A stretch of 64,000 bases of DNA, taken from NCBI GenBank assembly GCA_963675595.2, contig CAXXLZ010000002.1, positions 2,752,001-2,816,000 on the forward strand, written 5' to 3'. A program made the position numbers and the translations under genes. Below are positions 18,522 to 28,272 of the stretch, one piece after another (the stretch's first letter is position 1; each line of letters opens with the position of its first letter). The stretch is from Thermodesulfobacteriota bacterium (GTDB lineage Bacteria; Desulfobacterota; Desulfarculia; JACQYL01). The notes beneath the pieces were generated by a model. That model was not told where the DNA came from. It worked only from the letters and a program-made list of their open reading frames with translations, and ran no database searches.

Positions 18522-20087
18522 TCAGATGACCTTTCGGTCTTTCCCTTCCCAGTATTTGGATCGCAATTCCCTCTTGAGAATTTTGCCATAGTTGTTCTTG
18601 GGAAGATCGTCCACGATGTCCACGGACTTGGGTTTCTTGTAGCCGGCGATGTTGTTTTTGCAGAACTCGATGAGCTCGGCCTCGTCCAACGTGGCGTCTT
18701 TGTTCAAGGAAACCACCGCCTTGATGGCCTCACCCCATTTGTCGTCCGGGACGCCGATGACAGCCACCTCCCGCACCGCCGGATGACGAATGATCACCTC
18801 CTCGATCTCTCGTGGGTAAACGTTTTCCCCTCCGGTGATGATCATATCCTTCGATCGGTCCATGATGAAAAGGTACCCCTTCTCATCCATGTAGCCCATG
18901 TCTCCGGTGTGGAGCCATCCACTTCGAAGCGCGGATGCGGTTGCTTCCGGATTCCGCCAGTAGCCTTTCATCACCAGGTCCGAGCGGGTGACGATTTCAC
19001 CCGTCTCCCCCCTGGGTAACTCTCGATCCTCGTCGTCGAAAATGGCCACTTCCACGTCGGTACGTTGAATCCCCGCGGAAGAGAGGCGAGCCGTCCGTTC
19101 CGGACCGCCGTCGATCACGTGAGCCCATTGCGGAAGGTAGGTGATGGTCATGGGAGACTCGGCCTGTCCGAAGAGCTGAACAAGACAAGGCCCCAACTTG
19201 TTCACCGCTTCCGTCAGGTCCTTGACCAACATGGGCGCTCCCCCATAGTTCAACGCCTTGAGTGAGCTCAGGTCATGCTTTTCCAGCGCCGGATGGTCCA
19301 GGAGCAGACGAATCATGGTCGGAGCGGCGAACATGTTCGTAATCCGATGTTTTTCGATGGTCTCAAAAACAAGCTCGGGCTTAAAGGATTTGGACTCCAA
19401 AATGACGTTCACGGCCCCTTTGCCGAAATTGGGGAGCGCATACAACCCGCTCCCGTGGGAAAGTGGTGCCGCATGCAGCACGGCATCCTGCGGGCCCATA
19501 CCCGGTCGGATATCCGCGTAGAAGTTCATGGTCATGGCCAGGAGGTTCCGGTGCGTAAGCATGGCTCCCTTGGGAAGCCCGGTCGTTCCCGAAGTGTAGA
19601 AAAGCCAGGCCACGTCGTCGGGCTCCACGTCTCGTTCGCGAAACCGATCCGAGTTCCCTTGAATCAGCGTTTCGTAATCCAGAAACCCGTCCGCGGCCCC
19701 CTCCATGCTGATCACATGATCGACACGGGGAATTCGATCCCGAATCTCGACTACGGCTTCATTGAACTCGGGAGAAATTACCGCCGCTTTTGCCTCCGAG
19801 TGATCCATAATAAACGCGAATTCCTTGGGATGAAGACGGAAATTGATGGGTACGGAACCGCATCCCAGCTTGAAGCAAGCGAAGATCGCCTCAAGCATCT
19901 GTGGGTAGTTGTACATGAGGACCGCCACGTGATCCCCTTGACGGATACCCAGCTCGATCAGAGCATTGGCCAAGCGGTTCACACGGGCGTTGAACTCCGT
20001 GTAGGAAAGCTGTCTGTCGCCATGAACCACCGCCAAGTTTTCAGGCATGGCCTCGGCGGATTTCGTCACCAGTTTGCCGACGTTCAT
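18522..20087 (-). CDS. Acyl-CoA synthetase (AMP-binding, long-chain fatty acid-CoA ligase family)
   Basis: YTSGTTGLPKG, FGQAE, WLHTGDMG, DRSKDMIITGGENVYPREIE, GKILKR. Confidence 0.93.
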   Translation of the reverse strand: MNVGKLVTKSAEAMPENLAVVHGDRQLSYTEFNARVNRLANALIELGIRQGDHVAVLMYNYPQMLEAIFACFKLGCGSVPINFRLHPKEFAFIMDHSEAKAAVISPEFNEAVVEIRDRIPRVDHVISMEGAADGFLDYETLIQGNSDRFRERDVEPDDVAWLFYTSGTTGLPKGAMLTHRNLLAMTMNFYADIRPGMGPQDAVLHAAPLSHGSGLYALPNFGKGAVNVILESKSFKPELVFETIEKHRITNMFAAPTMIRLLLDHPALEKHDLSSLKALNYGGAPMLVKDLTEAVNKLGPCLVQLFGQAESPMTITYLPQWAHVIDGGPERTARLSSAGIQRTDVEVAIFDDEDRELPRGETGEIVTRSDLVMKGYWRNPEATASALRSGWLHTGDMGYMDEKGYLFIMDRSKDMIITGGENVYPREIEEVIIRHPAVREVAVIGVPDDKWGEAIKAVVSLNKDATLDEAELIEFCKNNIAGYKKPKSVDIVDDLPKNNYGKILKRELRSKYWEGKDRKVI

Positions 20088-20222
20088 CTTGAAACCCCTA
20101 CTCTTGATTCACGGAAGGATATATCACCCAGAAGTATTCGCGGAGGCTGCCCCCGCTTCCGTCGGAAGAGCCTCCAAAACGCCATGCACCGGCACCCATG
20201 CCGGAATGGATCCGGCTCGGTT

Positions 20223-21014
20223 TTAGGCCATGACCCAACCTCCGTCCACGTTCAATACCTGGCCGGTAATATAGTCGGAAGCGCAGGAAGCCAAAAACAC
20301 GATCGCTTCGGCCATATCCTCGGGCGCCCCCATTCTCGCGATGGGCAGACTCGAGACTCCGTAGTCGTACCCCCGGGTCATTTCGGTTTCGCAGGCGCCC
20401 GGCGCAATGGCATTGACATAAATACCGTCTTTGGCCACGTCCTTGGCCACCCATCGGGTCAGCGCCAGCACGCCGCCTTTTGCCGAGGCATAAGCCGGAC
20501 CCGAACGCCCCCGAATCTTCTCCGGTGAATCGTCCTGTTTGGATACCGCACCGCCGATGATACCCGAGATGGAACTGACGTTGACGATTTTTCCGTAACC
20601 TTGTTCCCGCATATACGGATAAGCGGCCTGGATGCAGAGAAAGGTCCCTTTCAGAATCACGCTCACAACCCGGTCCCAAGCCTCTTCCGGAGTGTCCGCC
20701 AGGGTATCCCGATGGACGATTCCCGCATTGTTCACCAGTATGTCCAGACGCCCGAGCGCTTCCACGGCCTTCCGGATCATCTCCTTTACGTCCGCTCCCC
20801 GGGAAACGTCGGCCTGTATGGAATAGGCCTTGCGCCCCATTCCGCGGATTCGTTCCACGACCTCGTCCGATGGGAGCAAATCGGACACGGCCACGTCCGC
20901 TCCTTCGCGGGCCAGAGCAAGGGCCGCGGCGGCGCCGATCCCACGGGACCCGCCGGTGACCAAGGCGCAACGTCCTTCAAGATTAATGGGACGACTGACG
21001 TTTGATTGCGGCAT
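20223..21014 (-). CDS. SDR family oxidoreductase (FabG-like)
   Basis: TGGSRGIG, NNAG, YASAK, VNAIAPG, VDGG. Confidence 0.92.
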   Translation of the reverse strand: MPQSNVSRPINLEGRCALVTGGSRGIGAAAALALAREGADVAVSDLLPSDEVVERIRGMGRKAYSIQADVSRGADVKEMIRKAVEALGRLDILVNNAGIVHRDTLADTPEEAWDRVVSVILKGTFLCIQAAYPYMREQGYGKIVNVSSISGIIGGAVSKQDDSPEKIRGRSGPAYASAKGGVLALTRWVAKDVAKDGIYVNAIAPGACETEMTRGYDYGVSSLPIARMGAPEDMAEAIVFLASCASDYITGQVLNVDGGWVMA

Positions 21015-21134
21015 GACTCAACCTCCGGTGATCTGCATCCAATGGATCCCCGCAGCAAAATACTCGGATTGCGAATTCCTTCCCGTTGCTTCCCACCCAA
21101 CCCCGAACCTTCCGCGTTCTTCCTTTCGCGCAGC

Positions 21135-22475
21135 TTACCTGCCCATGGTTTCGGGCAACCAGTAACTCAGGATCGGCAGGGCGAAAAGCACGGTGGTGGT
21201 GATCAGCTCCAGGATGACGAACCAGAAACATCCTTTGAAAATGTCCGTCAGCGATACGTCCCGGATAACCCCGGCGAGCACATAAACGTTCAGCCCAACC
21301 GGCGGCGTGATGAGGCCCACTTCGCACAACTTGGTGGAAAGGATTCCGAACCACATGGGATTGTACCCCAACTGGGTGACCACTACGGGATACATGATGG
21401 GAAGAGTGACCAGCAACAGCGAAAAGGAGTCCAACAACATCCCGAGAGGGATATACACAATCAGAAACGCACCCACGATCAGCATGGGGTGCACCGGCAG
21501 GGTGGCCACCCATTCGGAGATCATCTGGGGGACCTGGGCCAATGTCAGAAAAAAACTGTAGAGACCCGCTCCCACGATCACGATGAACACCATGCAGGTG
21601 GTACGAAGGGTCCCTACAAAACACTCGAGAATATCGCTTCTCAGGTTGGCGTCCCCCCGGCGGCGGAACAGCAGCCCGACGAAGGCAAAGAAGGATCCTA
21701 CCGCAGCCGCCTCGGTGGGTGTGAACCAGCCGATGTAGATTCCACCGACCACAACCAAGAAGAGCGCCAGTACGCCCCAGGCATCTCTGAGGGAACGAAA
21801 TCGTTCGATCCAGGTATAGCTTTCGGGATCGGGAGCCAATGTGGGTTCCCACCGGCTGAGCGCCGTAAGGCCGAGTACGTACACCAGAACCGAAATCAAC
21901 CCGGGAATGACTCCTGCAACCAGCATGGACCCTACCGAGGTATCCGTAATGACTCCATAGAATACCAAAATCACGCTGGGCGGGATCAAAATCCCCAACA
22001 CGCCGCCTGCCGCCACGATGCCGCAGGCCAGCTTGGGATCGTATCCATGCTTGCGCATCTCAGGTACGGCCACCGCACCCATGGTGGCGGCCGTGGCCAC
22101 ACTGGACCCGGAGCAGGCGGCGAATCCGGCGCTGCCGATGATGGCCGCCACGCCCAAACCCGCGGGGAACCGGGAGAACCACTTACGGCCCATGGAAAAG
22201 ATGTCCTGTCCCAACCCCGCCTTGAAGGCGAAGTTCCCCATGATGACAAACAGAGGGACCACGACCAGCAAATAGCTGGCGGTCTGGACATAAGGGAAGA
22301 CCTTGAGCTGCGTCAGAGCCATGTCCCAACTGGAAATGGCGGCGCATCCCAGAAAACCGCTGAGACCGAGGGACACGTACACGGGAATGCCCAGGGCGAG
22401 CATTACCAATACCAAGGGTATGCTGAGTATAACGGCGAGCGAAGGATCTAACATGGAACTGCTTTCAATGATCAA
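21135..22475 (-). CDS. dctM: TRAP transporter large permease
   Basis: SGSSVATAA, GILIPPS, TPTEAA, GLITPPVGLN. Confidence 0.93.
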   Translation of the reverse strand: MIIESSSMLDPSLAVILSIPLVLVMLALGIPVYVSLGLSGFLGCAAISSWDMALTQLKVFPYVQTASYLLVVVPLFVIMGNFAFKAGLGQDIFSMGRKWFSRFPAGLGVAAIIGSAGFAACSGSSVATAATMGAVAVPEMRKHGYDPKLACGIVAAGGVLGILIPPSVILVFYGVITDTSVGSMLVAGVIPGLISVLVYVLGLTALSRWEPTLAPDPESYTWIERFRSLRDAWGVLALFLVVVGGIYIGWFTPTEAAAVGSFFAFVGLLFRRRGDANLRSDILECFVGTLRTTCMVFIVIVGAGLYSFFLTLAQVPQMISEWVATLPVHPMLIVGAFLIVYIPLGMLLDSFSLLLVTLPIMYPVVVTQLGYNPMWFGILSTKLCEVGLITPPVGLNVYVLAGVIRDVSLTDIFKGCFWFVILELITTTVLFALPILSYWLPETMGR

Positions 22476-22481
22476 TGGGGG

Positions 22482-23033
22482 TCAGCGGGTTTGTTCCTGC
22501 AGAGGAATTCGGCCTCGAAGATGCTCGATCTCTTTCCACATATCCAGAATCAACTGGATGTTGAGCATCCAACACCCGATGGGCACAAGACATTTCACCC
22601 ACCAGATGGGCATCTGGACGGTTCCCCAGCGAAACTCCCGGATACGGATCGACTCGATGGCTCCGACCGCGGTTTGCCATCCCAAAATAAAGACAAAGAT
22701 GAAACAAATGAGCCAGGCTAAAAAGCTCAAACGACAAGCGGTGCGTAGAGACACACGCTCCAACAGAGCGGTCACCCGTATGTGGCCTCTTTCGATCTGA
22801 GTCCAGGCGAGGCCCAGGAACACGCAAATCACCAAAATGACTTCGTTCAGTTCGAAAATTCCGGCGATGGGTGAATTGAGGAAGTAACGAGCGGTGGCGT
22901 CTATGGTTGTACTGAACATCATAACGGCAATGGTGGCCCCGGCGATCGACGCCATGACCACACAGAATTTTCGATAGGCTTCCGAGATTCGTTGAACCAG
23001 AAGTCTTTGCGGTTGCGGAGAATTTTCAGTCAC
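22482..23033 (-). CDS. dctQ: TRAP transporter small permease
   Basis: Four TM helices, GHIRV motif, lies between dctP and dctM. Confidence 0.9.
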   Translation of the reverse strand: MTENSPQPQRLLVQRISEAYRKFCVVMASIAGATIAVMMFSTTIDATARYFLNSPIAGIFELNEVILVICVFLGLAWTQIERGHIRVTALLERVSLRTACRLSFLAWLICFIFVFILGWQTAVGAIESIRIREFRWGTVQMPIWWVKCLVPIGCWMLNIQLILDMWKEIEHLRGRIPLQEQTR

Positions 23034-23113
23034 TGCTTATCCCGCCGTATTTCGATGGATCCATGAAACCCGGAGGCGAGGAACCCGCAGGTCCCCACCG
23101 CCGGGAAATGACC

Positions 23114-24265
23114 TTAGGATTTCTTTCCGTATTTCGCCGAGTAGACTTCCCATGGATTCTTCAGCTTGCCCGGTTCATACTTCTTGATCAGGGCGTCCAC
23201 TTTGTCCTGGAAGCCCTGCCCGTCGAATTTCATGGGTTTTGCGATATTCTCGATCCACATTTCGTATTGGGCCGGCTGTACGAGGTGAGTCGCCTTCTGG
23301 ATTTCCTCTTTGCTCAAGGTCGAGAATTTGGCCCCGGCCTGGACCATCTTATCCACGCTTTCTTCCGTAAGCTGCGTGTAGAGCTCGAGATACCTCCAAT
23401 TGTAGAGGTCATCAACGGTCTTCTGGATGATTTCCTTGAGATCGTCGGGAAGGGATTGATAGAGCTTGCGGTTCATAACCACGGTGGTGGGAGCATGGGC
23501 GCCGGCGCCGCCTTCCACGATGTAGGGCGCTTGTTCGTGCAGCTTCATTTTCTCCGCGGTGATAAAGGCGAAAGCGAACACCCCGTCCAGGATACCGCGT
23601 TCCAATGAAGTGTACACCTCACCCGCCACGATAGGCATCCCGCGTCCGCCCAGGCGATCGATGGTGTCCGCACCGATACCATAGCCGCGCACCTTCTTCC
23701 CCTTAAGCCCCTCCACGGCGGTCAGAGGCTCCTTCATCATAAAGGGGCAGTAGCTCCAGTTGGTGAAATAAAGCACCTGCGCGTTGTTCTTGTCTTCCCA
23801 TTCCTTGCGCAGTTCGGGAGTCTCGGCATACATGTCCCGGCACACGTACAGCAGGGAGTCGGCATGGTCGCAGCCTCGATAGTACCATTCCAGCCCCCGG
23901 CTCAACGGAACGTCGGAGGGATAGTATCCGTAGCTGATCAGTGAGATTTCCGACAGTCCGTCGCGAATGGCCGGGAGATGCTGTCCCACCTTATGTAGAG
24001 AGCCGGACCAGAACTTCTTGATCTCAATCCGCCCATCCGTCCGCTTGACCAATTCATCCAGGAACCAATTGTCCAGCTGGGCCGTCTCCGCCGTTTGACC
24101 GATGTAACAATCGTACTTCATGACCCACTTGCCTTCTTTGGCCGCTCTGGCGGGATTAAACCCCGGAACCACGGTCAGGCATGCGCCCAACGCCGCACCG
24201 CTCAGGACCGTCGTTCGAAGGAACTCACGTCGAGATAGGCCTTTCTTGTCTTGATCACCTACCAT
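23114..24265 (-). CDS. dctP: TRAP substrate-binding protein with Tat signal
   Basis: SD aaaggagg; SRREFLR twin-arginine; RTDGRIEI, GLKGKKVR, EVYTSLERGILDG. Confidence 0.9.
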   Translation of the reverse strand: MVGDQDKKGLSRREFLRTTVLSGAALGACLTVVPGFNPARAAKEGKWVMKYDCYIGQTAETAQLDNWFLDELVKRTDGRIEIKKFWSGSLHKVGQHLPAIRDGLSEISLISYGYYPSDVPLSRGLEWYYRGCDHADSLLYVCRDMYAETPELRKEWEDKNNAQVLYFTNWSYCPFMMKEPLTAVEGLKGKKVRGYGIGADTIDRLGGRGMPIVAGEVYTSLERGILDGVFAFAFITAEKMKLHEQAPYIVEGGAGAHAPTTVVMNRKLYQSLPDDLKEIIQKTVDDLYNWRYLELYTQLTEESVDKMVQAGAKFSTLSKEEIQKATHLVQPAQYEMWIENIAKPMKFDGQGFQDKVDALIKKYEPGKLKNPWEVYSAKYGKKS

Positions 24266-24644
24266 CACAACTCCTCCTTTGGTGTATATAGGGTGCATGG
24301 GCTTCGGCCGCAGAGACGAACCAAACTCAAAACGCGGCAACCCTTTAAAACCTGGGCTGGGGGTTCCAAAAATCGTTTTCGATGCTTTTCGGGATTCCGG
24401 CAAACAACCTAATACGGCCCCTTGCAGGGCGTCAAGATAAAAGCTCTTCCGGAATCCCGCCTTCGGAGAAGCTTCAGGTTCGATTCGTCAAAAGGCGCGA
24501 CTGCAAAGTCCGATTGTGGCAACCGCCCGGAATTGGTACTATCCGGTCGCTTGCCCGGCCGAATTCGGACGCGGCAAGGCTCCGGTTCTTTCAAACAGGC
24601 GCATGTCGGCAATCTCCCGACCCCAAACATCGAGGAGGACGGAT

Positions 24645-25442
24645 ATGGACAACGCGGGTATGGTCAAGGCGGCGGATTACATTTATGAAGTTCTTCGACT
24701 TCGGACGCTCCCCATCGGGGTCCGGTTTCAGGAAACGGCTTCCGGCTTCCCTGAGAAGACTCAGAGGCCCTCCAAACACATGAACAAGCGAATCACGGTT
24801 TGTCAGGCGGTCACCCTCGCCAGAACCTACGGGTGGACCGTGGGGCTCACCCGAGACGACCTGAAATGCGTTCCCGCCATGATGGCTTTGGGTATGAGTC
24901 GGTCGGCGGACCCCAAGGAGGACCTCGGAAAACTCTGGTGCGAAGTCGGACTGGCCTCCGACGGCGACAAGGCGGGCTCCGAGCTCTCCGCCATGACCTT
25001 TTTCTCCGAAGGCGAAGTCGAGGGCCTTCTCATGGCTCCCCTCAGAAAAGGAGTCTTCCAGCCCGATTTGGTGCTCCTTTACGGTAATCCCGCGCAGATC
25101 ATGCGATTGGTTCAGGCCTGGACATTCATGGAGGGAGGAAAGGTGATCGGCCAAATCGGCGGGAAAGTCGAATGTTCGGAGTACCTCATGGCTCCCCATA
25201 AAGAGCAGAGCCCTCGTGTGGCGATTCCCGGCTTGGGAGACCGCATCTTTTCCATGACGCAGGACGATGAGCTCGTCTTCTCCCTTCCGTTCAAGGATTT
25301 GGAGGAGCTCACCGAAGGTTTGTCCCGGGCCGGAGCCAAGATCGGCGCTAAGTACCCCGTAACTTTCTATATGAACTACGAGCCTGAGTTGCCGTCAAAC
25401 TACGGTGAGATGGGGCGCAAGGTAGGTCTCTTTGAGGATTGA
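24645..25442 (+). CDS. DUF169 family protein
   Basis: SD gaggagg; PIGVRF, CQAVTLAR...G, PDLVLLYGNPAQIMRL, GDR...DDEL. Confidence 0.85.
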   Translation: MDNAGMVKAADYIYEVLRLRTLPIGVRFQETASGFPEKTQRPSKHMNKRITVCQAVTLARTYGWTVGLTRDDLKCVPAMMALGMSRSADPKEDLGKLWCEVGLASDGDKAGSELSAMTFFSEGEVEGLLMAPLRKGVFQPDLVLLYGNPAQIMRLVQAWTFMEGGKVIGQIGGKVECSEYLMAPHKEQSPRVAIPGLGDRIFSMTQDDELVFSLPFKDLEELTEGLSRAGAKIGAKYPVTFYMNYEPELPSNYGEMGRKVGLFED

Positions 25443-25660
25443 TGCCGGAATGGCTCGGACGGAAGAAGGGGGTTTCGTGTTTCCTCGGAGTCCTTGGCCG
25501 ATTGGGTTTTGAAGATTCCGATCTTCCGGCGACACCTTAAATGAGGCTGTGAGCGAAGTCGCCCCGCCCGGTCGAACGCTTCCGCGCAGGGCCGTCGTCC
25601 GACTCCATCGGCTTGACGGTGACCGGTGGGAATGATAAGCAGACTCAAATTCCACTCGGG

Positions 25661-27358
25661 ATGGAGGATACCTTGTTCAATCAGATGAAAACCTTGTGCG
25701 CCGCCGTGTTGGTGATTGTCTTCGCTACCGCAGTTCATGCCGCCGAACCCAAAAGCGTCATGGTTCTGCCTTTCACCGTCAACGCCCAAAAGGACCTCTC
25801 CTTCCTCCAGTCCGGGATTCAGGATATGCTTTCTTCCCGTCTGAGCTGGAAGGATCACGTGAACATACTGGATAAATCGCAAGCCCAGGGTGTTTATCGA
25901 AAACTCGAGGGGAGGTTCTCCACCGAAAACATTCAAAAGGAGGCGCTGGCGGCCGATGCCGACTACGTGGTTTACGGCAGCCTGACGGTCCTTGGTGAAG
26001 CGGTGAGCCTGGACGCCAAAGTGCTCGACGTCAAGCTCGGCGTCGACGTCCAAACGGTTTCCAAAGGCTTGGGGAGTATGGATCAGCTGATTCCCGCGGT
26101 GGGCGATTTCGCCGACTCCGTGAACCAAAAGGTTTTCAAGAAGGGAACCGCTGTTGCCACAGTCCCCGAGCCCCCTGCGGCATCGGATGAACCCTCGGCC
26201 GATCAGGAGGTTAAATCCCGCTTATCACCCGACTATTTCATGAGTCCGCAGGATCGAATCGATGTCTCCGCTTTGGGACCCGGCATCGTAAGGCAAGGAG
26301 GCGCCGGCAAGCCGGTACTTTGGAGGAGCCACGTTCTGCCCATGAACATAAAAGGCTTCGACATCGGTGATATGGACGGGGACGGCAAAAACGACCTGGT
26401 CGCCGTGACCGAGCAGGATGTCATTGTATTCAAACGAACGGAAGCCGGTATCGGAGAAATCGCCAAGTTCACCATCGGGAGCTTCAACACGCTGGTTTGC
26501 GTGGATATCGCCGACCTCGACCACAACGGCGTGGGCGAAGCCTACGTGGTAAACGAAACCGGAAGCATGGGAGAGACGAATTCCCTGGTGCTGGAAATGC
26601 AGGGCGGCCGCCTCGTTCCCGTCATACGTAACATACCCTGGAGTTTTCGCGTCGTTCAGGATCCCGATACCGGGGAATCCATTCTCATCGGGCAGCGCAA
26701 GAAATTCGACGGGTTTGCCAAGGGCGTGTACAAATTGAGACGTAAAGGAAATGAAATCGTGGCGGAAAAGGAGCTGAGACTGCCGTCCCGAGCCAACGCG
26801 TTCAATTTCAACCTCGCCGACCTGAACAACGACGGAAAGACCCGCGCCGTGCTCATCAACGACAACAGCTACCTGGAAGTCTATTCACTCGCCGGCGACT
26901 CCTTGTGGGAGAGCGATTATTATTTCGGCGGCACTTTGAACTACGTCATTCTCAAGTATGAAAATCCGTTCACATCGGAGGTGTCGGACCGGATGTACGT
27001 ACCGGCAAGAATCGTTATCACGGACCTTGATGAGGACGGCATCCCCGAAGTGATCGTCAATCGGAACCGCTCTTCCACGTTCCGTCTGACCAGTCGCTAC
27101 AAATTCTTCTCGGGAAGCCAAATCGTATCGCTGTCCTGGCGGGGCCTGGGGCTCTTGGAAAACTGGTCCACAACCAAAATCCCGGGCTATGTTCCCGATT
27201 ACCAGGTCAAGGATCTGGACAACGACGGCATCAGCGACTTGGTGGTGGTTATGGTCAAGCTCGATCCCACGGGACTGGCCCAGCCGAAAAGCACCTTCAT
27301 CGCTTTCCAGGTCACGCCCGAAAGCAGGGAAAAGGAGAGCGGGGGAGGCGCAAAATAG
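25661..27358 (+). CDS. Exported protein with TolB-N/CsgG-like N-terminal domain and FG-GAP/VCBS repeats
   Basis: Signal peptide ending VHA; VMVLPF...GIQDMLSSRL; five DxD/NxxG repeats (GDMDGDGKND, ADLDHNG, ADLNNDG, TDLDEDG, KDLDNDG). Confidence 0.8.
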   Translation: MEDTLFNQMKTLCAAVLVIVFATAVHAAEPKSVMVLPFTVNAQKDLSFLQSGIQDMLSSRLSWKDHVNILDKSQAQGVYRKLEGRFSTENIQKEALAADADYVVYGSLTVLGEAVSLDAKVLDVKLGVDVQTVSKGLGSMDQLIPAVGDFADSVNQKVFKKGTAVATVPEPPAASDEPSADQEVKSRLSPDYFMSPQDRIDVSALGPGIVRQGGAGKPVLWRSHVLPMNIKGFDIGDMDGDGKNDLVAVTEQDVIVFKRTEAGIGEIAKFTIGSFNTLVCVDIADLDHNGVGEAYVVNETGSMGETNSLVLEMQGGRLVPVIRNIPWSFRVVQDPDTGESILIGQRKKFDGFAKGVYKLRRKGNEIVAEKELRLPSRANAFNFNLADLNNDGKTRAVLINDNSYLEVYSLAGDSLWESDYYFGGTLNYVILKYENPFTSEVSDRMYVPARIVITDLDEDGIPEVIVNRNRSSTFRLTSRYKFFSGSQIVSLSWRGLGLLENWSTTKIPGYVPDYQVKDLDNDGISDLVVVMVKLDPTGLAQPKSTFIAFQVTPESREKESGGGAK

Positions 27359-27383
27359 GGGTTCGAAGTCAGCCTGTAATCCC

Positions 27384-27414
27384 GGGCCCTTCCCCATGGG
27401 GAGGGCCCTTTCTT
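27384..27414 (+). terminator. Rho-independent terminator
   Basis: gggcccttcccc-at-ggggagggccc followed by tttctt. Confidence 0.6.
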
Positions 27415-27471
27415 ATGGTCCGACGACGCCGTCAACGCTCTGCGGGAAGGACGGGCGCGGCTCACCCCCGA

Positions 27472-28272
27472 TCATATTTCATGGGCCTTGTCGGCTCGGC
27501 CCTTCACCGGCCAAAGAGCGAGTAGGCCGCCGAGCAGACAAATCACCCCGGTCGCTTTGACGAAGACCTCCGTCCCCGGATAACCGGAATGGTAGAAAAA
27601 TATCTGGAACAGGGCCGCGCCGGTTAGAGCCCCACCCCACACTCGGACGAAGGCTTTCGAGGCTCCCCACGTCGCGCGGTGCGCGATCCGGACACCGATC
27701 CAACCGCAGGTCCATCCCAGCATAATCCCTCCGAGAACATCGGCCGGCCAATGAACTCCCACTACGCAGCGTGAAAGCCCCGCCAGGCACGCCATAATCG
27801 TCAGGCCGGCTCTGCCGGCCGGGTTTCGCACCCAGGAACCGCAAAGCACCGCGGCAAGTGCGAAGGCGGTCGATGTATGCCCCGATGGAAAAGAGCCGTG
27901 CAGCAGGGCGGGACCGATGACGTGCAGGGTGTCGGCGGGGAGGAGAGCGGGTGGGCGAGGAGACGGAATCAGGGCGTGAAGCGTATGTAGAAAAGCCGTA
28001 ACAAGCAAAGTGGCGATCACCATGCCCCAAACGGCCTCCGAACGCCGACGAAGCAAGGGAAAGACCAGGACCACGGCCATCAGCCCGTCCCCCAGGAGGG
28101 TCACATGGGCCCATAAGCCGTCCCCGGTATACTTGGATAGACCGTTCAACACCAAGAAGAGATCGCGATTCCACCCTTTCCACAGCAACGCGGCGAGCAG
28201 GATGCCGGCGATCAGGGGGGGAAGCCATACCCAAGGGGAAGGTAGGTGCGTATCCGGAGCGTTGTCACTCAT
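27472..28272 (-). CDS. PAP2-family membrane phosphatase (lipid A or undecaprenyl-PP phosphatase-like)
   Basis: SPRP, SFPSGH, SRCVVGVHWPADV. Confidence 0.88.
   Translation of the reverse strand: MSDNAPDTHLPSPWVWLPPLIAGILLAALLWKGWNRDLFLVLNGLSKYTGDGLWAHVTLLGDGLMAVVLVFPLLRRRSEAVWGMVIATLLVTAFLHTLHALIPSPRPPALLPADTLHVIGPALLHGSFPSGHTSTAFALAAVLCGSWVRNPAGRAGLTIMACLAGLSRCVVGVHWPADVLGGIMLGWTCGWIGVRIAHRATWGASKAFVRVWGGALTGAALFQIFFYHSGYPGTEVFVKATGVICLLGGLLALWPVKGRADKAHEI

Noticed and set aside
21006-22451. 481-aa plus-strand ORF, and similar long ORFs at 2101-3369, 6093-7280, 19275-20528, 30956-32254, 33295-34200 and 60375-61361
   Set aside because: Antisense shadows of well-supported genes in GC-rich DNA; no motifs
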